A stretch of 64,000 nt of DNA from Mobula hypostoma. Its lineage: Eukaryota. The notes beneath the pieces are model-generated. The model had not been told where the DNA came from and searched no databases. It worked only from the letters and a program-made list of their open reading frames with translations. Position numbers and translations under genes: made by a program. Location of the stretch: NCBI RefSeq assembly GCF_963921235.1, contig NC_086097.1, forward strand, positions 227,852,001-227,916,000, given 5' to 3'. Shown here piece by piece: positions 13,485 through 24,302 of the stretch (position 1 is the first letter of the stretch; each line of letters begins with the position of its first letter).

Positions 13485-14420
13485 ATCTCAGCAACACACA
13501 CAACATGCTGGAGGAACTCAACAAGTCAGGCACTGAACTTTTGCGCCAAGAGCCTTCATTAGGACTGGTAAAGCAGGGGACAGAATCCAAAATAAGAAGA
13601 TGGGGAGGGGAGGAAATGCAACCTACAGGTGATAGGTGAGGGAGATGGTAAGTAGATGGGAGATAGAGGATGAAGTAAGGAGCTTGGAGGTGATAGGTGG
13701 AGAAGATACATGGCTGAAGAAGAAGAATTCTGATAGAAGAGGACAGCGGAATATGGAAGAAAGTAAATGAGGAGGAGAACAACAAGGAGGTGATGGGCAA
13801 GTGAGAAGAAAAGAGGTGAGAGGGTAACCAGAATGGGGAATGGTAAAAGAGAGAAGGAAGGAGGGTGGATAAATTACCAGAAGTTAGAGCAATTGATGTT
13901 CATGCCTTCAGGTTGGAGGCTACACAGAAGGTATATGAGGTATTTCTCCTCCAGCCTGAGTTTGGTCTCAGCACGGAAGTAGAGAAGGCCAGATATATCA
14001 GAATGGGAATGGGCTGACAAATTGAAATGAGTGGCCACTGAGAGATTATGCCTTTTGTGGCGGACAAAGCGAAGGTGTTCGACAAAGCGGCCCCGCAGTC
14101 ATTGCCAGGTCTCACCAGGGGCACCAGACCGAAGAGGTGACCCTGGCAGACTCCAAGCGAAGTATCACCTCACTTGGAAGGACTGTTTGGGGCCCTGAGT
14201 CGTGGTGAGGGGGGAGGTGTAGGGGCAATCATAGCACTCGTCACACTTGCAGGGACAAGTGCCATGAGGGAGAGTGGTAGGAAGAGACAGGTCAGCAAGG
14301 GGGTCACGCAGAGAACGATCCCTACAGAAAGTGGGATGGGGTGGGTATGATGTGCTTCATGGTAGGATTCATAGGAGATGGCAGAAGTTAAGGGCAATGA
14401 TGTGCTGGATTTGGAGTCTG
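13485..14420 (-). mobile_element. Penelope-like element fragment
   Basis: Reverse complement homologous to 5950-6805. Confidence 0.8.
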
Positions 14421-14699
14421 GAAATATTGGCTTCATACAGATGTTATGCACTGCACCTTTCTGAGACCCACCTTCCAAGCTGCATCTCACTTGTATTTTC
14501 CTCCCTCTCACAGCACTACAACCACCTTTCCACTTACTTCTCTTCTTCCCAATGCCACACGCTTCCACTGCCTCTTCTCACTGCAGCAATAGCCTGATCA
14601 GCCACTGCCCTTTAGGGCAAATGCACAAAGAGAGAATATTCCTGTTTACATTGGGTGTGACCCCTAAGCTGCAACTTAACAACTTACCCTATCCTGTCC

Positions 14700-15484
14700 A
14701 AGCAACGCACACAAAATTTTGGAGCGACTCAGCAGGCCAGGCAGCATCTATGGAAAAGATGACGGAAGTTATGGATAAGCATCTACTGTATCCTGTGCTC
14801 CCGATGGTGTCTCCTGTTTATCGGTGAGACCAGACGTAGATCAGGAGACCACTTCGCCGAGCACCTACACTCTATCCACCAGAAAAAGTGGGATCTCCCA
14901 GTGACCACCCATTTCAACTCTACTTCCCATTCCCATTCCAGCGTGTCACTCGATGGCCTCCTCTACTGCACGATGAGGCTACACACAGGTTGAAGGAATA
15001 GCAATTATCTTCTGTCTGGGTAGCCTCCAACCTGATGGCATGAACATTGATTTCTTGAACTTCCGGTAATGGCCCCACCCCCTTCACCATTCCCCCATTC
15101 CAGTTTCTCTCTCTCACCTTATCTCTTTACCTGTCCATCACCTCCATCTGGTGCACCTGCCCAACCCTTTCTTCCATGCTCTTCTACCCTCTCCAATCAG
15201 ACTCCCCCTTCTCCAGCCCTTTATCTCTTTTATCTATCAACTTCCCAGCTCTTTACTTCTCCCCTCCCACTCTCCCAGTTTCATTATCACCTACCACCAT
15301 GTACTTCTTCCTCCCCACCCCAACTTCTTGCTCTAACTTCTCATCTTTTTTTCCAGTCCTGCTGAAGGCCTCAGCCCGAATCGTCAACAGTTTACTCTTT
15401 TCCATAGATGCTGCCTGGCCTGCTGAGTTCCTCCAGCATTTTTGCATGTTTCTTGGATTTGCAGCATCAGCAAATTTTCTTGTC
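14700..15484 (+). mobile_element. Penelope-like element with inverted terminal piece (14700-14760)
   Basis: GIY-YIG-region DNA (TTTATCGGTGAGACCAGACGTAGA) and the same 3' end as 5582-6805. Confidence 0.85.
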
Positions 15485-15704
15485 CTATTCTACCCACCTA
15501 TTCTTGCTACCTTAGTAGACGTGGTTGGTCGTGATGCTTCACCATTTCTCACAAACCTCAGTGACAATCATACATTAATGACGCTCCTTTCTGTGGGACG
15601 CAAGCTCTGCTTCCCATTGAATGCATTGTTTCAGGTTTCAGAGGAGTATTCCTATAATCACAATTCAAATCCAGAATGTCCGAGGATGTGACTGCCTTGT
15701 TTAT

Positions 15705-15975
15705 TGATGTCTAGGCATACAAACAAGCTCCCATAATATTATTAAATTCGAAGTTCATTTGCTTTTCGTTGCGAATGGAACAACGAATTTTACTCACTCG
15801 CCACTTTTAGTAGTTGTTCTTTCTATCTTAAGTGCTTTTGATAGCATTCATCACAGATTTGTGAACGTTCGGTTACCATGTCAGACATCTTTGTGTATTT
15901 TCTGACATACAGATAAAATTGACTTATTGACGTCTTTAAAAATGGAACCTGTTCATTACCTGGGGACAGTCTGTA
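15705..15975. mobile_element. Possible Tigger/pogo-like MITE remnant
   Basis: Right end GTTCATTACCTGGGGACAGTCTG-TA resembles a pogo-type TIR plus TA; left TIR not seen. Confidence 0.35.
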
Positions 15976-16671
15976 GCCTGTTTCCTGAACCCCCATTACG
16001 AAGGGATCCTATCCTCACCAACAATCTTGCTCTTTGCTGTAGGAGCTGGTGTAGGGTTCATCCTGCATGACAGAATCCATAAGCTGATCAGTTCCTGTGA
16101 TGTGGGTAAAGATCAAGATTAGCTTTATTTGTCACATGTACATCAAAACATACAGTGAAATGTGTCTTTTGTGTCAAGAATTTGCTGAGGGCGCAAGTAT
16201 TGCCACACCATAAACAACCTCAATCATCTTACAAACGCTGCAAACACACCATTGCCCTTCTCAGCTCTGCTCCAGCCAGCTGGAGATCTGAGGGAAATGT
16301 GGTCCTTTTATTCCAATTTGCAATTGTTAGATTTTGAAATCTTTTATCTTATGGAATCAAATCTTGCAGTCCAAAGCATATTTAGCTTTTTCTTATCAAG
16401 CAATTCTCTGGGTAGTGTTTCTTTTTCTGCTTTAAATGAGAGCAGCACAAATATATCCAAGTCAACAGCATTTCATTCTACTGCAGCCTTTACCACAGAG
16501 GAACAAGGTCAGGAGAAGTCTAGCAACACCTGGGATGTCTTATTTGTGTATCATCACCACAATAACCGCCAATCAGCGGTAGCACCGATATTCCAAGGAC
16601 AAGTATGACACAAATTCCGCATTATGCATTCATTTCCATGTCCTCTTAAAAAGAACAATAATTACAGAAAA

Positions 16672-17981
16672 TACTTCAAGTATTTGGAGAGGCATAATAT
16701 GATTAGGAATAGTCAGCATGGCTTTATCAAAGCCAGGTCATGACTTACGGGCCTGATTGAGTTCTTTGAGGATGTGACTAAACACATTGATGAAGGAAGA
16801 GCAGTAGATGTAGTGTATATGGATTTCAGCAAAGCATTTGACAAGGTACCCCATGCAATGCTTATTAAGAAAGTAAGGAGGCATGGGATCCAAGGGGGCA
16901 TTGCTTTGTGGATCCAGAACAGACTTGCCCACAGAAGGCAAAGACTGGTTATAGATGAGTCATATTCTGCATGGAGGTTGGTGACCAGTGGTGCACCTCA
17001 GGGATCTGTTCTGGGACCCCTACTCATCGTGATTTTTATAAATGACCTGGGTGAGAAAGTTGAGGAACGGGTTAGTAAATTTGCTGATGACACGAAGGTT
17101 GGGGGTGTTGTGGATAGTGTGGAGGGCTGTCAGAGGTTACAACGGGACATTGATAGGAGGCAAAACTGGGCTGAAAAGTGGCAGATGGACTTCAACCAAG
17201 ATAAGTGTGAAGTGGTTCATTTTGAAAGGTCAAATATCATGGCAGAGCATAGCATTAATGGCAAGACTCTTGGCAGTGTGGAGGATCAGAGGGATCTTGG
17301 GGTCCGAGTCCATAGGACGCTCAAAGCTGATGAGCAGGTTGACTCTGTGGTTAAGAAGGCATACGGTGCATTGGCCTTCATCAATCGTGGGATTGAGTTT
17401 AAGAGCTGAGAGGTAATCTTGCAGCTATATAGGACCCTGGTCAGACCCCACTTGGAGTACTGTGCTCAGTTCTGGTCGCCTCACTACAGGAAGGATGTGG
17501 AAACCATAGAAAGGGTGCAGAGGAGATTTACAAGGATGTTGCCTGGATTGGGGAGCATGCCTTATGAGAATAGGTTGAGTGAACTCAGCCTTTTCTCCTT
17601 GGAGCAACTTAGGATGAGAGGTGACCTGATAGAGGTGTACAAGATGATGAGAGGCATTGGTCACGTGGATAGTCAGAGGCTTTTTCCCAGGGCTGAGATG
17701 GCTAGCATAAGAGGGCACAGTTTTAAGGTGCTTGGAAGTAGGTACAGACGAGATGTCAGGGGTAAGTTTTTTTACACAGAGAGTAGTGAGTGCGTGGAAT
17801 GCACTGCCGGTGACGGTAGTGGAGGTGGATATGATAGGGTTTTTTAACGGACTCCTGGATAGGTACATGGAGTGTAGAAAAATAGAGGGCTATGGATAAC
17901 CCGAGATAATTTCAATGGTAAGGACATGTTCAGCACAGCTTTGTGGGCCGAAGGGCCTGTATTGTGCTGTAGGTTTTCTAA
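16672..17981 (+). mobile_element. 5'-truncated CR1 LINE (RT and 3' end), same family as 24303-28588
   Basis: YMDFSKAFDKV, PQGSVLGP, KFADD, LVRPHLEYC motifs; 3' end GGGCCGAAGGGCCTGTATTGTGCTGTAGGTTTTCTA. Confidence 0.95.
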
Positions 17982-18029
17982 GTATTGAGAATGCTTGGTA
18001 GCATCTGCAGATAATAAAGCATGATTAAC

Positions 18030-18226
18030 AAAAACACAAGAGATTCTGCAAATGCTAGGTATCAAGAGCAACACACAAAATGCTGAAGAGATTCAGCAGA
18101 TCAGGCAGAATCCATGGACAGGAATAAACAGTTGACGTTTCAGGGAGTTTCCAGTCCTGATGAAGGGTCTCGGCCAGAAACATCAACTGTTTATTCCTTT
18201 CCATTAATGCTGTCTAACCTGCCAAG
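18030..18226. mobile_element. Mini Penelope-like element made of two inverted 3' termini
   Basis: GGAATAAACAGTTGACGTTTC (from 18121) is near-complementary to GAAACATCAACTGTTTATTCC (from 18177); flanking arms also match the PLE terminus. Confidence 0.75.
18152..18189 (+). ncRNA. Minimal type I hammerhead-ribozyme-like motif (core best preserved copy)
   Basis: CAGTC-CTGATGA-AGGGTCTCGGCCA-GAAA-CA-TC-AACTG: CUGAUGA and GAAA boxes, UC site, stems I and II each with a mismatch. Confidence 0.65.
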
Positions 18227-18596
18227 CACAATTAACATTTTGGGTCAATGGTACTGATCTGCCCAGTTCAGATCCAGGGTGTTTATAGGTCATGTAAAAC
18301 TCCAGCACAATTACCTTGCACTGCAGGGTCTCTCTATTCCGAGCCCCATCAATGCCAACTTTCAATGTCCTTGTAAAATAGACAATTGTAGAATTGTTAG
18401 TTGGGGGCAGGGTTGATACCCATCAAAAGCTCATTTCTGCTAGTGGATTCTGCTTTGATCCTCGGTTCTTCTGCTGGTAAGAGATATGTAGGGAGACCAG
18501 TCACCATATCTGGCATAACTTCTTTTAAGCTTATTTGGTGCATACAAAATTCTTGAAGCCAGTCAATTTGTACATTTGATTTCCATTTAATTTTTT

Positions 18597-19212
18597 TTAG
18601 ATTATGAGGACATGCAGTCCTCCTTTATTGTCATTTAGTAATGCATGCATTAAGAAATGATACAATATTCCTCCGGTGTGATATCACAGAAACACAGGAC
18701 AGACCAAGACTGAAAAACTAACAAGAACCGCATAATTATAACATATAGTTACAACAGTGCAACAATACCATAACTTGATGAAGAACAGGCCATGGCACAG
18801 TAAAAAAGTTCAAAGTTTCTCGAAGGTCCCATATCTCACGCAGACGGGAGAAGGAAGAAAACTCTCCCTGCCATGCCCGACCACAGTCCGACTCTGAGTC
18901 GTCCGAAAACTTCGAGCTCTGATCAGCTCTCCGACACCGAGTACCGAGCACCATCTCTATCCGAACGCTTCGACCTCAGCCTCGGTCACCAGCAGCAGGC
19001 AAAACCAGGGATTTTAGGGTCTTCCCTCTGGAGATTCTCGATCGCACGGTAGCAGCGGCAGTGAACCGGCATTTCAGAAATTTCTCCAGATGTTCCCCTG
19101 TGCTTTCACGTCTGTCTTCAGCAAATCAGAATTGTCCACGGCCCCTATTTAACAGATACGGTATCATTTCACCAGACAGCTGCGCGCGCTGCGTCACGCT
19201 GCCATTTTCTCC
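18597..19212 (-). mobile_element. ~620-bp non-autonomous retroposon
   Basis: End-to-end homologous (inverted) to 55404-56072; 5' GGAGAAAATGGC, 3' AATAAA and AATCT tail. Confidence 0.8.
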
Positions 19213-19229
19213 TCCCATCGATTATTTCA

Positions 19230-19465
19230 TGCTGTGACAGCAATCACAACAGCCAAAAGCACCGGGAAGCCCAGGACAAACAGTGCAAAAATCATGCGAC
19301 CTCACAAAGCACCCATTCATCCATTCCACCTGTAATCTCCTGCTTCATCTGTGCTGGAGTGTGTGTGTCCCCCAAAAGCCTACTTGATCACCTCTGAACT
19401 CAGGAACCCACACTTCAAAGCAAACCATCCTCGGTCTCAAGTGGCTCCCTCAGAGGATGACAGAA
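19230..19465 (+). mobile_element. Old RTE LINE 3' fragment
   Basis: Degenerate CxxC..H-like end followed by CATCCTCGGTCTCAAG, similar to the 3' end of 32407-32822. Confidence 0.45.
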
Positions 19466-20039
19466 GGCTGATTTATGTCTGATAAACCTGCTGAGATATC
19501 TGTATATTCTCCCATTGCTTTATGAATCCCTAATGCCCTGTTCAGACCTGTCAAAAATATTCCTTCTCACACGAGGAGGATTTGCAGTCTTGTGCTGAAG
19601 CACAAACATTGTTTCTGACTAAGAGTTCTTCTCACAGAGTACAATATTCATTCAGTTCAACAGCTGACATTGTTAATACTTCTCGCTCTTCAGGGATTTA
19701 CCCATTCCCTTTTATCCTTCTCCCAACCTCAAACTAAAACTCTTAAACTCTCCTCAAAGACCCAAATCCCTACTTGTGCTTTTTTCTTGCTCCAGTTCCT
19801 TGAACACTTTTCCAAACTCCCACTGGAATCACGCTGCCAGCTTTGTTTCACCTGTAAATGGGCCTTGATCAACATCCCAAATGGCACATTCTGTGACACT
19901 GACTATGATTTATTAGCACTCTGTACATCAAAGCCGTTAAGAATCTTGCCATTAACTGTTTACTGTCGCTTACATTTGACCTCCAAAGTGAAACACCTCA
20001 CATTTAGCTAGATTAAGCTACATATGCCCTTTCTCTACT

Positions 20040-23000
20040 GGATCGCTTGGAGGGAGAGCGTGCTTAAAAGAAGCAAGCAGGGGCAGTCAGTGCACTTTGT
20101 GCGCCACTGTCCCGAGGAGGCACCGGATGGCTTGGAGGGAGCACGTGTTTAAAAGAAGCAAGCAGAGGCTCCAACAATCAAGAGAAAATCTGCAGATGCT
20201 GGAAATCCAATCAACACACACAAAATGCTGGAGGAACTCAGCAGGCCAGGCAGCATCTATGGAAAAAAAGCACATTTGATGTTTCAGGCCGAAACCCTTC
20301 AGCAGGAATGGAGAAAAAAAGATGAGGTGTAGATTTCAGACAAGAGAAGATTTACAGATGCCTGAAATTTGAGCAACATACATGAAACGTGTTTTGTATG
20401 TGTTGAGGAGTAGATTTAAAAGTGGGGGAGGGGAGAAAGAAATGCAAGGTGATAGGTGAAGGCCCATCCTCCTCTCTTTCATCATTCCCTATTCCCTTTT
20501 CCCTCTCTCACCTTATCTCCTTGCCTACACATCGCCTCCCTCTGATGCTCCTCCCCCTTTTTCTTTCTTCCATGGCCTTCTGTCCTCTTCCATCAGACTC
20601 TCCCTTCTCCATCCCCGTATCTCTTTCACCAATCAACTTCCCAGCTCTTTACTTCATCCCTCCCCCTCCCAGTTTCACCTATCACCTCGTGTTTCTCTCT
20701 CCCCTCTCCCACCTTTTAAATCTACTCCTCATCTTTCTTTTTCCAGTCCTGCCAAAGGGTTTCAGCCCAAAATGTCAACTGTACTTTTCTCCATAGATGC
20801 TGCCTGGCCAGCTGAGTTCCTCCAGCATTTTGTGTGTGTCGCTGTGAGCAGGGGCAGTCGGCACATTTTGCAAACCACAGTCCTGAGGAAACATAAGATT
20901 GTGAGTAATTAGGCACTTGGAAAGAACCGATTAAAAAAAAACTTGGGTTTAAGTGGAGTGGCCATTGTGTGAGTGGGCCAGTGTTGGAGTGAGGAGTTGA
21001 GGTTTTGGTTCATTGAGACTTTGGCAAGGAGAGGCCAGACCATAGGTAGATTATTTTTTCATTATTGGTTCTTTCTTTATTTCTTATTGCACAATAGAAC
21101 AGTGGTGAAGCGAGACAGGATACAGGAATGCTCCTCTTGCAGGAAATTGGAAGGTAGGAAAACCTCCAGTGTCCCCAATGACTACAACTTTTAGTGCTTC
21201 CAGCTGCCCTTTCTAACAGACCATGTTAAGGAGCTGAAGCTGGAACTGCATGAACTCCAGATCATTCGGGAGGCTGAGGAAATGATAGGACATGCAAAGA
21301 AGCAGTTAAACCCATCGTGCAGGACACAGGTAACTGGGTGACTGTCAGGAGGGATAAGGAGGGTAGGAAATCAGTGCAGAGTACCTCTCTGGCCATTCCC
21401 TTTGCATACTGTTGGGGGAATGTCCTAGCAGAGGAAAGCTACAGTGGTCAGGTCTCTGACAATGAGTCTGGTTCCATAGCTCAGAAGGGAAGAGGAGAGA
21501 AGAGATGAGCTGTAGTGATAGGGGTTCATGAGTTAGAGGAACAGACAGGAGATTCTGAGGACTAGAACAAAATTCCTGTTGGGTTTTTTGTCTCTCGGGG
21601 GCCAAGGTCAGGGACCTCTCAGGCTGAGTGCATATCATTCTTAAAGAGGGAAGGTGAGTAGCCAAAGGTCCACATTGGTACCAATGACAGGATTGGTCTG
21701 GAGGTCCTACAAACCAAGTTCAGAAAGTTAGGTACAAAGTTAAAGAACCAGACCTCCAGGGCTGTGATCTCAGGATTCCTACCCAAGCTACGTGCTAGTG
21801 AGATTAGAAATAGGAAGAACATACGGTTTAACATTGTACGGTGTCAAGGAGCTGGTGCAGGAATGAGGGCTTCAGATTTATAAATCATTGTCCTCTCTTC
21901 CAGGGAAGATGGGACCTGTACAGAAGGGACAGTTTGCACCTGAACTAGAGGGGAACTGATATCCTAGCGGGAAAGTTTGCTAGTGCTGCACAGTGAGGTT
22001 TAAACGAGAGTTGCAGGGGGATGGGAATCAGAGCAACAGAACAGGCAGTGGAGCGGTTGAGAAGAAGGTTGTTGTTAATCCTACGTACAATGTCAGGAAT
22101 CAAAAGGTTGAGCATAGTGTTCTGAGCTGCGTATATTTCAATGCAAGGAGTATTGTTGGAAAGGCAGATGATCTTAGGGCATGGATCAGCACTTAGAATT
22201 ATGACATTGTAGCCATTAGTGAGACTTTCTTGCAGGAAGGGCAGGATTGGCACCTCAATGTTCAGGGGCTCTGTTGTTTTAGATGTGATAGAGTGGTAGG
22301 GATTAAAGCAAGGGTGGTTGGCATTGTCATGGCAGTACTCAGTCAGAACAGACTGGGCAGCTTGTCTACTGAGGTTTTGTAGGTAGAACTGAGGAATAAG
22401 AAAGGTATGACCTTGTTAATGGGGTTATATTATAGACCAGGATTTAGAGGAGCAAATTTGTAGAGAGATTGCAGACTACAGTTGCAGACAACAAACATAA
22501 TGTTGTGACTATAGGTGATTTTATAACTTCTATACAGTATAGTGACTGGGACTTTATACTGTAAAAGGGCTGGATGGGAAAGAATTTTTCAAATATGTTC
22601 AGGAAAGTTTCCTTAATTAGCTTATAGAAGTCTCAACTGGAAAGAGTGTGATACTAGATCTCCTTTTAGGGACTGAGACAGGTCAGGTGACAGAAGTTTG
22701 CGTAGGTGAACACTTTGCATCTAGTGAGCATAATGCCATTAGTTTCAAGGTAATTATGGAAATGGATAGGTCTGATCCCCAGGCTGAGATTCTAAATTGG
22801 AGAAAGACCAATTTTGATGTATCTGAAAGGATTTGACAAGTGTGGATTGGGATAAGTTGTTTTCTGGCAAAGATGTACTTGGTAAGTGCAAGGCTTTCAA
22901 AAGTGTAATTTTGAGAGTACAGAATTTGCATGTTCCTGTCAGAATAAAAAGCAAGCATAACAGGTTCAGTGAACCATTGATATTGAGGCCCTGGTTAAGA

Positions 23001-24260
23001 AAAAGAATGAGATGCAAGCAGGTATAGACAGGAAAGAACAAATGAAGTACTTGAGAAGTATAAGAATTGCAAGAGAACACTTATAAAGGGAATCAGGAGG
23101 ACTAGAAGAAGACATGAGGTTGCTCCAGCAGACAAGGTGAAGGAGAATCCTAATGACATATACAGGACATACATTAAGAGCAAAAGAATAGCAAGGGACA
23201 AAAGTAATCCTCTGAAAGATCAGAGTGGTAATCTATGCGTGGAGCTGAAAGAGATGGAGGAAATCTTAAATGATTTTTTGCTTCTGTATTAACTCAGGAG
23301 ATGAATAGATCATTTGTAGACCATGCAGCAGCAAGGTCATGGACCCTACACGGACTACAGAGGAGGAGGCGCCTGCTGTCTTGAGGCAAATTAGGATGCA
23401 TAAATCCCCAGGCCCCAACAATGTGTCCCTTGGAGGCAAGGGCAGAAATGACAGGGACCCCAGCAGAGATATTTTAGACATCCTTTGCCATCCGTGAGGT
23501 GCTATAGGATTGGAGGATAGCTAACGTTGTCCCATTATTCAAGAAAGGCTCTAAGGTGAGCCTGACGTCAATAGTGGGAAAGTTATTGGAAGGTATATTG
23601 AGGGACTGGACATATAAGTATTTAGATAGACATGGAATGATTAGGGATAGTCAACATGGCTTTGTGCGTGTTAAGTCGTCTAACCAATATTATAGAGTTT
23701 TTCAAGGAAATTACTTAGAAAGTTGATGAAGGCAAGGCAGTGGATATTGTCTACGTGGATGTTAGCAGAGCCATTGACAAGGTCACGCATAGGAGGTTGG
23801 TCAAGAAGATTCAATCGCTTGGCATTCAATATCTGGTAGTAGATTAGATTAGACATTGGCTTCATGGAAGAATCCAGAGAGTTCCTCTCTGATTGGAGGC
23901 CCGTGACTAATGGAGTGCCATAGGGATTAGTGTGGGTCCGTTGTTGTTTGTCATCTATATCAGCAATCTAGGTGATAATGTGGAAAACTGGATCAGCAAA
24001 TTTGCGGATGACGCCAAGACTGGGGGTGTAGTGGACAGCAAGAACGACTATCAAAGCTTGCAGTAGGATCTGGATCAGCTGGTGAAATGGGCTAAAAAAT
24101 GGCTGATGGAATTTATTACAGGCAAGTGTGAGGTGTTGAACTTTAGGAAGAACAACCAGGGTAGATCTTACACAATGAACAGTAGGGTACCGAGGAATGC
24201 AGTAGAACAGAGGGATCTAGGTATACAGATTCATAATTCCCTGAAAGTAATGTCACAGGT
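20040..24260 (+). mobile_element. Decayed CR1 LINE A (5' UTR, ORF1, APE, RT; 3' end missing)
   Basis: ECSSC in ORF1; HIGTND-type esterase DNA at ~21670; CVYFNARSIVGKADDL (APE); KFADD at ~24000; many stops. Confidence 0.9.
20180..20839. mobile_element. Penelope-like inverted pair inserted in the CR1-A 5' UTR
   Basis: Minus-oriented terminus 20180-20460 joined to plus-oriented 3' part 20461-20839. Confidence 0.8.
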
Positions 24261-24302
24261 AGTCTATGGATGGGAGACTGGTAGCCAGAGTGTAGACAGA
24301 GT

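Noticed and set aside
15176..15691. 171-aa ORF containing IDAAWPAEFLQHF
   Set aside because: Recurrent chance translation of the non-coding PLE terminus, seen in several copies.
16252..16608. 118-aa ORF in apparently unique DNA
   Set aside because: Non-ATG start, low-complexity S/F-rich composition, no recognisable domain or clear splice structure.
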